DNA of 64,000 nucleotides from Balanoglossus misakiensis (Eukaryota; Animalia; Hemichordata), in assembly GCA_040954595.2 (NCBI GenBank), contig CM082576.2:7257129-7321128 (forward strand). Reading direction: 5' to 3'. The notes below the pieces were generated by a model that did no database searches, was not told the origin of the DNA, and saw nothing but the letters and a program-made list of their open reading frames with translations. This document shows positions 54,301 to 64,000 of this stretch, in pieces. Positions within the stretch are counted from its first letter, which is position 1, and every line of letters starts with the position of its first letter. A program made the translations under genes and the position numbers.

Positions 54301-55809
54301 TCAAAATCAGAACCAGAAGGGACAGCTGAATGGGGTGTGGTTAGAAGAAGGCCTGGTGCGGAAGAAAGGCGAAAGAAGGCCAGACCTCTGTCCATGGATG
54401 AACGGGTGGAGCCATCTGATAGATATCATCAAGTGCGTCAGAGAACTCTTGCGCTACTTGCTGGCATCACTGTCAAGAAACATGCAGATCGAAGACACAC
54501 GCTGTATGATGATTTGCTTACCCGTAATGAAGACAAAGGCGAAAAGAATGCGAGTGATGGTAAAGAACCTGCCGTGTACTCAGATTTTGAACAGTTAATT
54601 GAATCCGCAAATAAAGTCTTGACGCGCCTTAAAAAGGACGGGGACACAAGTGAGTCGAATACAGAACACACAGATGGGGATGTGACCTCAGATGATCCCA
54701 GCACCTTACACGTTCCTGAAGGAAAGGCAGGGTATAGGAGACCAAGTTCAAAACATGAGCTGAAGGATAAACCTGACAAAAGTGTGACGGAGAAAGACTC
54801 AAAACCCGAGAAAAAGTCAAGCAAGAAGGGGACACGAAAGAAGAGAACTCACAAGGCTCATACAGGCGCCGAACTATCATCACCTCCAAGAAGTCATCCC
54901 CAGTATCAAGGGCTGGAGAAATCCCAGGATGATTCCATGGTCTCACTGTCATTTGCAGCTGCGCCTTCTGGCACGGACAGCGACAAAGCAAAAACGCCCG
55001 AAGTTCTTTCAGATGGAGAGAGGCAGTCGTCTCGTTCACCAGTCCCGTCTGTCATCGGTATATCAAAGGTGAAAGTGATGTTGCGCAGCCCTACCAGAGT
55101 TCGGAGAGTGAAGAGGAAACCAGTAGCACACACTCCTAAAAAGACGGCTTCAACTCCAGATGAGTGGGTACCACAATTTGATCTGGCAGGGAGTAATCAA
55201 CCGGGAGAAATGATCACTGTGCATGCAAAGCCCGTTTTTATTGAGGATGCGCCAGCAGAGACATTGCAACAACCTCCTCCTCAATCTCCACCTCCCCTGA
55301 TTTCAAACGCACCAGCTGCAGGCGCAGTTCATCCAAACGCGGACGAGATCCGGCCTTACATGAAGATGCAGCCTGAACACCTACACAAACTCATCGAAGA
55401 CCAGCAGAGGCAGATGTCGGAACTGCAGGAACAGATGAAGAAGTTGCAGGCGTCAGCGAGCGAGACACCGTCGTCGGCAACGATCTCATCACCGCCGCAA
55501 GCAAGTCCAGTGATGCACTACACAGCGAGCGCAGCACCGACGCTGATCCACGCCCAGCAGCCCATGTACGTGCAACCGGCCGGTATCCCACTGCAGAGCC
55601 TCTACCCACTTCAAGTCGTCCAGTCTCCAATGGTCAGCCCACCGACGGTACAAGTGCCCCTTCAAGCAGCAATGATGCAGCCGGCGTACACCACGTTACA
55701 AATCCAGGGACCAATTCCAATGAGCCAGCCGGGCACCGCCGTCACCCTCACCACCTCATCAAGCAATATGACTGTGCAACCACAAACCCACGACAGTTCC
55801 CACCAGTAA
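19377..55809 (+). CDS. Giant PDZ protein of periaxin/AHNAK type with predicted N-terminal signal peptide and TM helix; model exons 19377-19560, 22591-22671, 37728-37822, 38058-38283, 38557-51317, 51574-55809 (17,583 nt, about 5,860 aa)
   Basis: All junctions are GT-AG, phases join (1-1, 1-1, 0-0, 1-1, 0-0) and no stop interrupts the model. Linking the first two exons across the 15-kb intron is inferred from phase only. Confidence 0.6.
22591..22671 (+). CDS. 81-nt phase-1/phase-1 exon (juxtamembrane cytoplasmic segment)
   Basis: A pyrimidine tract plus GGCAG forms the acceptor, and the donor is CAAG/GTGAGT. Reads (A)RNYEPNDTLANPNAVPEQLDEVAIEQ in frame with the upstream exon. Confidence 0.65.
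26143..26164. repeat. Short inverted repeat (palindromic MITE-like remnant)
   Basis: CCATAGACCC-TT-GGGTCTATGG, a perfect 10-bp stem. Confidence 0.6.
33440..33455. promoter_or_regulatory. 16-bp perfect palindrome containing a GTCACGTGAC E-box (USF/MiT-TFE type)
   Basis: GCGGTCACGTGACCGC lies in a CpG-rich stretch about 200 nt upstream of a strong splice donor, CCAG/GTAAGA (33650). Confidence 0.4.
37251..37285. repeat. Short inverted repeat (palindromic MITE-like remnant)
   Basis: GTGTACAGTCACTCCA-TAG-TGGAGTGACTGTGCAC, a 16-bp stem with one T:G pair. Confidence 0.6.
37728..38283 (+). CDS. Two exons (37728-37822, 38058-38283) encoding the linker and N-terminal half of the PDZ domain
   Basis: Acceptor TTTTTACAG, donor AAG/GTAAGA, acceptor TGTAG and donor AAG/GTAAAC. 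Encodes ...SLGLNIAGSQEDGIFVNNVTSGGAADKSGCVDKG, with the PDZ GLGF-equivalent loop and betaB-betaC. Confidence 0.85.
38557..51317 (+). CDS. Giant 12,761-nt exon: C-terminal half of the PDZ domain plus an acidic, Ser-rich, repeat-containing disordered region
   Basis: Corresponds to ORF 38574..51380. It begins GDKILSVRVFFKDIAYEDALTILSYSARYQVELELEK, closely resembling the periaxin/AHNAK2 PDZ segment. Acceptor TTGCAG at 38556; phase-0 donor AAG/GTAATT at 51318. Confidence 0.9.
39918..43807 (+). repeat. Coding tandem repeat: 21 copies of a 180-bp (60-aa) unit with nested 21-bp sub-repeat insertions
   Basis: The unit is DVDKPEPVDISLPGLVVKRKSSTSSSSSSSESEDEDKPKKKPDVSGVITVDSPEISVKEP. I counted 21 occurrences of CCAGAGCCTGTAGACATATC from 39930 to 43614. 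Extra EI(S/T)VKEP heptads occur in units 3, 15, 19 (x2) and 21. Confidence 0.97.
51574..55809 (+). CDS. Terminal 4,236-nt exon of the giant PDZ gene (acidic/proline-rich, short coiled coil, Gln/Pro-rich C-terminus)
   Basis: Lies within ORF 51496..55809. The acceptor TTTATTACAG at 51573 is in phase 0 with the 51317 donor. Composition and basic-aromatic motifs match the preceding exon. Confidence 0.85.
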   Translation: MTFHMASEVPIVAVEYHEVENLPPVPPPADFQDDVIDESAQIDTTRDNVTDEDKRVPQAEAKETTTFTTQVTNNALPDDIDIFSTGREFNVHSGEVVTMRLPMTSTPQVTGRDQENVDTDGFDGAVDETLAEVSYTSTLVTYTEAYPDFKDGGQDDPAESSKFEPPESEEDIEHKDTLQIGTDIVDKNYNNLEQVEDLKKSPAETGQSTMFTELNDELAIERASTENLFIEDVTDALDPYDKVIQTLESAKTTEQKRPSMSLEPRKSDAQPGQISWALQQSILVEKDDNVDDSSDTEHTNTNNNARRPGSHKGSYDVPQIEEDPQLSSQSKKKEKKGFKLFGMTKSTPSEKHKDQKAGLPNVIETTSEIAVTSESTPEDGQTTLEVTPQLHAELSPAVIAEDDKQSDVASTASGSVHVDADKVQDKEANIVHNQKALPDEKSTKKKESKGGALMRMFKRKQAKDEDAPGVKKDEKKSQKVKKDKKEKKEVVPQQKTFEEPTNNNSNVTAVPVARQEFDKPTATPVKDGAQPILYTTGGSGNIASVRPSSKKKRAPAPPQSPTLLLDSNKQHVDLSANASIQVPVQVQVEHSQPEMLEEADVSDAPVSDSHESTKQEVARRKKRKAPLPPSRNKPEEAVIADEVTPGSKQASPKVQFSVDFEPLTIPDEYLGEKKDPFTERNDQTAKPDQGDDVFDGNQTEGMMGTTDNYQSEATDLSEPTVDMSGITKVVQDMPLPCGSPPPKPKRWSADLVGEDMEKIFETFRNTPVEKPPEEEKSSNDLSASSPPLSPVVPSEPSVSLTVSNVSESTPDKPVVDLPATPDSSSVDKPAEAEIPTEAEIPEQALEDSITVEHAPETQAANDPPLDETSTEREDMLPKKDDDEKPDEEDSKRDDADEENVPTEEKSPQDSKSEPEGTAEWGVVRRRPGAEERRKKARPLSMDERVEPSDRYHQVRQRTLALLAGITVKKHADRRHTLYDDLLTRNEDKGEKNASDGKEPAVYSDFEQLIESANKVLTRLKKDGDTSESNTEHTDGDVTSDDPSTLHVPEGKAGYRRPSSKHELKDKPDKSVTEKDSKPEKKSSKKGTRKKRTHKAHTGAELSSPPRSHPQYQGLEKSQDDSMVSLSFAAAPSGTDSDKAKTPEVLSDGERQSSRSPVPSVIGISKVKVMLRSPTRVRRVKRKPVAHTPKKTASTPDEWVPQFDLAGSNQPGEMITVHAKPVFIEDAPAETLQQPPPQSPPPLISNAPAAGAVHPNADEIRPYMKMQPEHLHKLIEDQQRQMSELQEQMKKLQASASETPSSATISSPPQASPVMHYTASAAPTLIHAQQPMYVQPAGIPLQSLYPLQVVQSPMVSPPTVQVPLQAAMMQPAYTTLQIQGPIPMSQPGTAVTLTTSSSNMTVQPQTHDSSHQ

Positions 55810-55945
55810 ACTCCAGAGACACTTCATTTTTTTCTACGTTGTGTTGAAATACTATTGGCATTTCTCAGGAAGACGGTTGCACTTTGATGCCCATTAAAAA
55901 AGTAAAAGGCCTTTAAATAGATTTTTAAATAGATTTGGCCATGCA

Positions 55946-55951
55946 AATAAA
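55946..55951 (+). terminator. First candidate polyadenylation signal after the giant PDZ gene
   Basis: AATAAA about 135 nt after the stop. Further AATAAA signals lie downstream (e.g. 59671), so usage is unknown. Confidence 0.35.
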
Positions 55952-58900
55952 ATTTCATGGGCATGACAAAATCTAATTGTACCATATTGTGTCTGTCTGG
56001 AGTTTTAAAGATTGGCTTGTCAGACGGGAGTCTACTAATGCTATTTTTCCTGTGCTGAATTTTCTGTGGCGTATACAGAAACTATGAATTTTATTTCTGT
56101 AAAACTGTATATACAGTATACAAAAATGGTGCATTGGCTATCTCATTCACTTAAAAAAAACTTTCTGTATATTGTCTATGATAGAAATTGTAGATTTTTT
56201 AAAACCGCAATTATAAGAAAAAAATGACTAAAATATCTTAAAAGGCTCCAATACTGCCTGTGAATAATTTTTGTGAAATGAAATCATTTTAATGTGATGT
56301 TTTTTCAACATTTACAAAGGTGTCAACATGATTAACATAATCAGTATTACCCTCTTATGTTACAAAATGCTTCACCAAAGTGATCAAAGACAAACATATC
56401 TTTCCGGTGTTCAATGAAACGGCTTCAGTTTAGTTTTTATTTATTATGACATTGATTTTAGCAAGTATCATGTGTTGTGGGTCTTTGTGTATACTGCAAG
56501 AAAATCTAGTGGGTCATGTTATTTTGTTATTTTTGTTTTAAAGGATGGAAATGCTGTTTTGTTGATTTCAATATTCTATACCAATGCCTATCCCAAATAA
56601 AAGATTCATTATACATGTAAAGAAAATTACAAAAAAAAATTAGAAGTGGTGATCGGGTAGCGATGGAATAACAGCAGTCTAAACTTCTTAAGGTGATGTT
56701 AATAGCAATATATAAAATGCATTTACTCCTCAAAAACTGACCATACAGCAGTCTGTGTGCAATAAGAAAGAATTCAATCGCAGCAGACCATAGTTCTACC
56801 TGTTCAAATCATGACAAAATGTGAAAACAATGTGTATGAACGGGATAGGTAATTTTAGTACGTGAAATCAAATTGTCCATTTCAATTTCCAATCAATTTA
56901 GAACATTAATTTTTGTGCGTACAAATATTTGTCGCTATTGCCATTTATCATTGGTTTCACAAATTGACTAATTTCAAATACTAACTAAAATATTACTTTT
57001 TTCATTTTATTATTGTAATTTAAACTTGTAATAATTAAATTGAATGCTGAAAGAAATAGTCAGCAAACCATTTTCCACCAGAAGGAAAATTTTTGTACAT
57101 ACTTAATGAACTTGAATGGATAGTAATTCCTAATGTTGATTAAAATAGTCATAAAGACTAACTAGCATTTCTGATTTAGGAGCAAACTATGTTTTGAAGG
57201 AAATGTCTGTACTGGATTAGAATTTTCAAATTTTGGGGGGCTTCATTTTAAGACCGATGTTATTGTTAATTCATAACTATTGCAAACTTACTCAACATTT
57301 ATTTAACAATAGATCTCATAAAAACAAAAATCCCACCAAATTATTTCAATACCAATGATCTTATGTAGAATATCACATTTTTTCTTGTATTTTATACACT
57401 TTTTGTTTTGAAAGGCAAAAATATCCACTGTCTCGGGTTAAGCACATACTGGTACTTTTAATATTCACTCATACAAGTTTACAAACCCTCATGAAAGCAA
57501 TGCCAAAATCTGTTTTTCTCATCAACAGAATTTACACACACTATTTTCCAACGGTAAATACTTCATTTTTCTACAGTTAATTCACTTTTCTTGAAGCGTT
57601 TGTACTGACATTGCAAAAGAATCACAGCATTGCATTTCCTTGCATTTTTCCTGAGATATTTCCATCATCTCAATGTTTATATGTTAATATTTCAATCTGA
57701 TAAGAGTCGGTGACATATTGAGAATTTGTACGTTTTACACAATATTTATCTTTACACTCTGCATTTGGACTTTTTTATCATTTTTAACCGATATCTTTGT
57801 AATTAACTTTGAAATTCATTAACAAGTACAATATCATTGTCATGTTTCAATGGAAAATTCCAATGATTTATCGAGAACAATGAGTAATGACCAAATCTCA
57901 ATTGTGATGAAAATTTTTCATTTATATGCATTCTTAAAATCATGTCATGATTGTCAGGGTAAACAAGCCACCACACAAACAAAAAGGCAGCTAAAACACA
58001 ACCCTGTCAATTCATCTTTACATTCAAGAAGTAGTTCCTTTACATTATATTATTTCATATTTTTGCAAATTTTCTATGTACCTTTTTAAAAAAAATGTAG
58101 TACGCATCTTAGTAGTTGAGAAGAGTGTAAGCAGGAATCATGGTGCCATCAATAGCTCCAGGACTAAAACGAAAGCAATGCATTCACACTGGAGTGAAAG
58201 TGATGAACTCGGCAGAGGAGACAGGAAGGATTTCCCATGATTCCTTGCAGCAATGACATACAGTTAGATAAACGCCAGAACGCGATTGTCACACAGCAAG
58301 TGTCGGTTCAGAACAAATTTTTCGAAAATACCCAAAATGAAAAGATCCAAGATATATGCAACTGCTGTTACACCACAGCACTGTTTTCATTTTTGCATAA
58401 CTGAGTGCAGCAAGGAATTATGGGGAGGCCTTTCAGTTTCCCCTGGAGACAGTGCTCTCCTTCAGAATGTTAGCGATTGCCAACGCAATTCTTGTGACTG
58501 TTTCACCAGAGTGTGCACTCTTCCTTTCTTCTCAGTGACAAAGCCAAATTTGTGAATTATTATCATGTTAATTTAACCTTTGGTGAACCTATGTTATCAA
58601 TTCCCTTACTAGCTATCGGGAAGCAAGACGTGTAAGCAGTTTACATGGACCTACCATGTTTGAGTTGTAGGGTGCACACTTTTCTGCTGTAGTCACAGAG
58701 CGTTGTTGGCAATACTGCATTTTTCAGTATTACCAAAATTGATGTGTTTAAGTCTCCGGTTGTATTGGTCTGATGTCTCATATTTTGTTTTCACTTCAGC
58801 ACAAGAATTAGCCACTTGCATGATCTCCCTCCCCCTTGTATGACTTCACATCCTGGTATCTTTATTGGAAATACAATTTCTTCGGTAGTCTTTGGCTGCC

Positions 58901-60839
58901 ATGCAAAATTCAATGGTTATTGTTCTGAGATTTAGCTCAAGTTCTATAGAACTTTAGGCAAGTTTGATACGAGACCAGAGGAAGATTAAAGGATATGGGG
59001 TCATGCAGGGCAGAGGTCATGAAAATGGCTAATTACTCATGCTGAGTTTATAGCAAGGGGCAAGACCATTATCTGCAGAGCCAAGACTTGGTGAGAAGCA
59101 CTTCAATTCAGCGTGTAATACAAAAGAGACTCGTACTTTAGTTAAATCATTCATTGTTTGTATTTGTAGATTAACTTTGATCAATTGTTTTTCCCACTAC
59201 ACTTGCCAATTGCCAGTATTTAATACATTAATTCAAAACAATTTGAGAGAGATCTCACAATGAAATATTACAACTTTGTCTACAGATGTTTAGTTTAACA
59301 AATCATGACAAGACAACTCCAATGCTCAGAAATTTCAAATGACATTTTACCGTTTCAAAATTGAGATTAAGTAAACAAAAAAATCAGAATTTATTAAATT
59401 AACATTTGGCATCTTAGTTTTAGCTTTAGGGAAAGGTGAATATTTATCATAGTTTCCCCCCATTTTGGTGCGACAAAAATGTTTTTGTCATTTTAGGAGA
59501 CAGAATTCGAGATCTGTAATGTTTCTCTATGCGACCTGTGCTGACCTTGTCCCGTTTGGGAAGGGCCTCACAGGTAAGTGTTGGGATTACTGACAAACAT
59601 TCATGTACTTATAATATGTAATGCTCATATTTGAGAATTACTCATATTTATACAAACATGTATTTTATGCAATAAAATAATTTTAACCCAGAGTTTGGCA
59701 ATCAATGTTTTCTTTCAAGGTGTTTTGGAGGGACAGGCAACTTATACTCATACTCAGTGACCCATTTTTGCTTTTAAAAAGAATATGCCTTGAGCAAAAA
59801 AAAAAACAGACAGAAATCTCCCACTTGTGTGAGTAAAATATCACAACACCAGGTGTACATCATAAAAGTGACTATTTAACCTACAATGGTACCATAAGCC
59901 TTGTATTGTGATGATGCTTGTACATGTATGTTAATTTGTACAATGGCTACGGAATGATTTTTACCTTCCAAAATTGCCCCTTCTTCTTGGCTTGTCCCAT
60001 TCGTCCAAATCCATTGTAGGGATGAAACTTCGGAAGTCCATGGGCTACATCCAAACAATGTTCTAACAATTTTCTAAAGGTAGAACAAGCAGCAAAAGTA
60101 ATTCTAAACCATATAGAATAATTTTCATGACAGACACTTTAATTTTATCATACCAAGACATGTGGCTAATAAAACAACACATTTACATATTTACAAATGT
60201 CAGAGGTTGGCCGAAGAGGCAGTGGTATAAGATAACTGATAACAAAATTCCTGATAATACAACAGAGAAAAAATTACCAGCTCTTCATTTGGTGATGTTC
60301 GATGCTTAATATTCTGGTTAAACACAAACCTTCTATGAAAGGCTAGAATTTGGTCTGAGATTAGTAATAAAACTGGTGGCAAAACGCCACAAAACAAAAG
60401 ATTATTAAAGCACACTTTCTTTAACACAAAAAAATGGCCAATCCTGGGCTTGAACAAATTTGTCTGATTCCGAATAAATATTTTTTTCAGATTATGATCT
60501 AGGAGTTAGGTTGAACAAGCATATCTGTATACAATCGTAGTTTTAAAAATTTAGCAGTCATGATTTTTATCAGAATATTGAAATCTATTAAGCCTGATTT
60601 TACGAATGTCACATGTTGGTTACTGGCAGGAAGATGAATGGAATCATCATGATAATAATATCAGAAAAAAAAAAATTTTCAAGCACATGATATGCACTTT
60701 TGGTACATCTTCAATTCACGTTTCAGTGGCATTCAAAACACTGAAAACTATGACCTTTGTCGACCAAGGTCAGGCAAACTTGATCTACCTTGATCCACAA
60801 GTCCTGTTCTGGCCAACAACATCCAATACTGCAGACATC

Positions 60840-63195
60840 CTAGGAGTGGAACACTCGCACAATTTCTGTAATGTCTTTACGGCAGATGGGACAGAAATCC
60901 TTGCGATTCAGGAGAGATTTGGCACAATCCATGCAAGTGATGAGATGGTGGCAGGGGCACAGAAGACAGTCACGTTGACGATCCATACAAATTGCACAGT
61001 CATGGTCATTAATGACCGCTTGAGTGAAGAAGAAAGAACAGATGAAATGATACATCACAAATATGGTGTCAGGACAGTATACTGTCTGAAGACCCCTGGA
61101 TACTAACCATGGTGAGTAAATGCATCATTTCACAAGGCCATTTCATAATTTCAGTCAAACACTGGTATTAAAATTCCAATTCTGGCAAGCTTACCTAGCT
61201 CATCATCTTGCGGAGGTGCCACGTTCCCCATGTGACCTAACTGTGGTATACTGACATCTGGGATTCCCATCAAGCCTCTCTGTCTGCGGATCTGTTCACG
61301 TCTTGCTGATGAACAAAAATAACAACAAACAAACACAGGTTAAATAGAAAGTTGATGTTGCTATGTTTACCTTTCATGCTTGAGATCACATATATATTTG
61401 GTGGCATCAATGGTCAGTGTACTTACCCAGTTTTCTTGATTCAATTTGTTGATCTGATAGTATAAGCGGCTCTCTTCCAGATCGGAAGAATAAGGTCTTG
61501 CCCATGTTTTCAAGAAACTGCCTTACTGCATGACAAGGGAGAATATCAAATAAGATAATGTTTTGTTGTTAAATATTAAGGTGGACATGGAAACATTTGT
61601 GTTTGCCCTCAAGTACAACTTTCAATCATTTCATGCAATGCAGTGCACTTTAAAACCACATACTCATGTTCAAGTACAAATACAACAACGACAATCATCA
61701 TCATCATCATTGTTTTCATCATTGTCATCTCCCCCCCCCCCCCCCCCAAAATAAAAAAAAAAAAACGCTAGCTTGCCTTTTTCTACGTTTTGGGTACTTG
61801 TGTATTTTGTGGTTGTGATTTCTACTTCTGGTATTGTATACACCGGGTGAAGAAATCGCAGACCCATGATTCTCTGTGAAGATAAACCACACAACAAAAA
61901 CATATTTTCCTTACAAATAAAAAAGATAGGATTAGAAAAATATTTCCATACTCAGTACTGCTTTTAGAAATGCAAAGAATAATATCATTTGACTAAACAG
62001 AAGTCTCACAGTATCAAACACATGATAAGACACACAACACATTTATACAGTCAACTACATGCATGTGTATTTGGTAGAGGGAGATATCACAATACTTGAA
62101 ATGATCTATCCATGTACCCTATTATGTACCTCTTTGAATGCTGCTCTTTCTCCCACTTTTTCCATGTCCAAGTACAGAGTATTGGATGACAGAATGGTTT
62201 CCGGATGACACAGGTGGGATATCCCTGGAATAAAGTTGACGTACAATTTTATCTGCCATATTCCACTCTATATGTTTTGTGTACAGTGGTTCAGATTCTC
62301 AATATTTTGTTCATAAATAAAGTCATATTGTTATCCCATCTGACTTAGAGGTACCGCCTTGGATGCAATACCAACACACAAACTTTATACATACATGTAC
62401 ATACATTCATTGACCTAAGGTATTCAAAATGGTTAAATGTTATTAGCATTCAAAGCAAACAAGCCCTGGCATTGCAATAACGCTCTAATGACAAACCAGC
62501 CAATAAACTGACAATGTTTATGTCTTTTGTAGAATGCAGACACCCATTTCCATTATACTTAATGGATTAATATAAATCAGAGAAATGCATGACCCTTGAA
62601 AGGATAGAGCAAATGAATTTAATCCTCTTAATATTGCCTAAAAGCCATCAATACTCACTCTCAAATAAATCCTGCTTGATGGCCATGTCATCAATCACAG
62701 CTTCAAAGATCCACTCAGCATCACTGACGGTCTCCTCCAGTCGACTCATACAAAGTACTTTGCCCTGGATATTAGAATAGAATTATGAGAGTTGAAAGAA
62801 AATAATGAGCAAGAAAGTAGGAAGGGGTATTTTACATGTGGAACAAACAACTGAGTGCATGAAAGTTGTCTTGGCTGAGGAATCACCAACAGCAACCTTA
62901 CTGCTATAAAGATACTCTGGTTCACTGATACTCCTATGTCAGAGTCATTACCAGGACTGCAGACAGTGTTTCATCTGTACGAAGTGCTGGAGGAAGCAAA
63001 GCCCAAATGAGCCAACCAATCCATCTGAGAAACATTAACAAACTTTATGGACACTTACAAGAAAATTTGGATGAGTCATAAGTCCCTCCTGTTTAAGTTC
63101 TTCTTTGTCGTCTTCCAGATTGGCATGAAATGCATCTAATGCAGCCGAATTCTGGTCATAGATCTTGACTCGATGACCATGATAGGCCATGTCAC
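60840..63195 (-). CDS. 3-hydroxyacyl-CoA dehydrogenase NAD-binding-like domain fused to a C-terminal RING (C3HC4) finger; exons 63059-63195, 62659-62764, 62130-62224, 61777-61873, 61427-61525, 61195-61305, 60840-61018; first exon probably beyond the right edge
   Basis: The spliced reading is (G)DMAYHGHRVKIYDQNSAALDAFHANLEDDKEELKQEGLMTHPNFL|GKVLCMSRLEETVSDAEWIFEAVIDDMAIKQDLFER|ISHLCHPETILSSNTLYLDMEKVGERAAFKE|RIMGLRFLHPVYTIPEVEITTTKYTSTQNVEKV|RQFLENMGKTLFFRSGREPLILSDQQIESRKLA|RREQIRRQRGLMG...DDELA|VINDHDCAICMDRQRDCLLCPCHHLITCMDCAKSLLNRKDFCPICRKDITEIVRVFHS*. It carries recognisable 3HCDH_N motifs (GHxVxIYD, EAVxD...K..LF, ILxSNT, GLxFxxP...VEI, MGK). Phases are consistent. Confidence 0.85.
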
Positions 63196-64000
63196 CTGAA
63201 AAAGAAATATAGGCACTGTTTCATTCAGGTTAGGGTTCATTTGCTGCAAATCATCCCTCCCAGGAGTGATGCTGTGGAGAAAATGACCCTTGACCCTTGA
63301 CCCAAACCCTTACCATTGAATACCTTAACCTGTCAACAAACAAATGGGAACATATTTGTAAACAAACAAACAACAAACATACTTTTATTATGTTAATTAA
63401 TAACAACAAACAAGTAGCACACACACATAGTCCTAACCCTGTCCTACACAGAGAGAGAGCTCCTTGTGCTAGCTGTTTGTTCTATACTACTTATAGCCAC
63501 CTGGGCCTTGCTCAAGTCAATGACATCTTAGTAACTTCCTTAGACTTATTCTTACCAGCAATTTTGGTACCCATCAAACCGCAGCCAATGACAGCTACTC
63601 GCACCATTTTAAAAACTGGTCAATCCCTGTTCTGGACTGAATATTCACAATCTGGTTGAGCCACAATTGCGTCACATTGTAACTTGAGCCACCCTCAAAA
63701 GCTGCAGTGTTATGATTTACTAGGATATACCCAACGACATCAGGAAGTGATAGAGTAGATACCATTAACCTGGATAGGGGTTTCGGTTTTTTCTTATCTT
63801 TCTGAAATACAATGACTGTTAACACCTAAGTCATACAATACTCATGTATGATTTTGTAGACATATTTTGGAACTGTTTCGAAAATGTTTTAAGTCATTAA
63901 AAAATGTTCATGTGGCCTATGATGATACTGTACGCTTCGAGTATCATCCCTGCAAAGAATAGTATATCCTTGACCCCACGAAAGACCGATTATTCTCAAA

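Noticed and set aside
43925-55630. Many Ser/Phe/Leu-rich minus-strand ORFs opposite the giant exons
   Set aside because: These are expected complements of Glu/Asp/Lys-rich sense codons and have no independent domain or splice support.
60606-61106. Plus-strand 166-aa ORF
   Set aside because: It is antisense to the RING exon and its 3' UTR, with no recognisable domain.

Overview
This is eukaryotic (metazoan) intron-containing genomic DNA; an invertebrate deuterostome such as a hemichordate is my guess only. I reconstructed four protein-coding genes by hand from splice sites and exon phases. (1) The 5' three exons of calcineurin B (PPP3R1/CNB) lie on the minus strand; the remaining exons were not found and probably lie left of the window. 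(2) A complete 10-exon eEF1B-gamma (EEF1G) gene lies on the plus strand, head-to-head with CNB, with a TOP/TCT-like start. (3) A giant plus-strand gene (model about 5,860 aa) has a periaxin/AHNAK-type PDZ domain, a 12.8-kb exon with 21 near-identical 180-bp repeats, and phase-compatible upstream exons that would add a signal peptide and a transmembrane helix. (4) A minus-strand gene fuses a catalytically degenerate 3-hydroxyacyl-CoA-dehydrogenase NAD-binding domain to a C-terminal RING finger; it has one GC-AG intron and its first exon is off-window. Small MITE/Helitron remnants and hairpins are scattered through the non-coding DNA. The best novelty candidates are the Rossmann-pseudoenzyme RING ligase and the membrane-anchored AHNAK/periaxin-like giant. 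Most short ORFs in the track are noise or antisense shadows.
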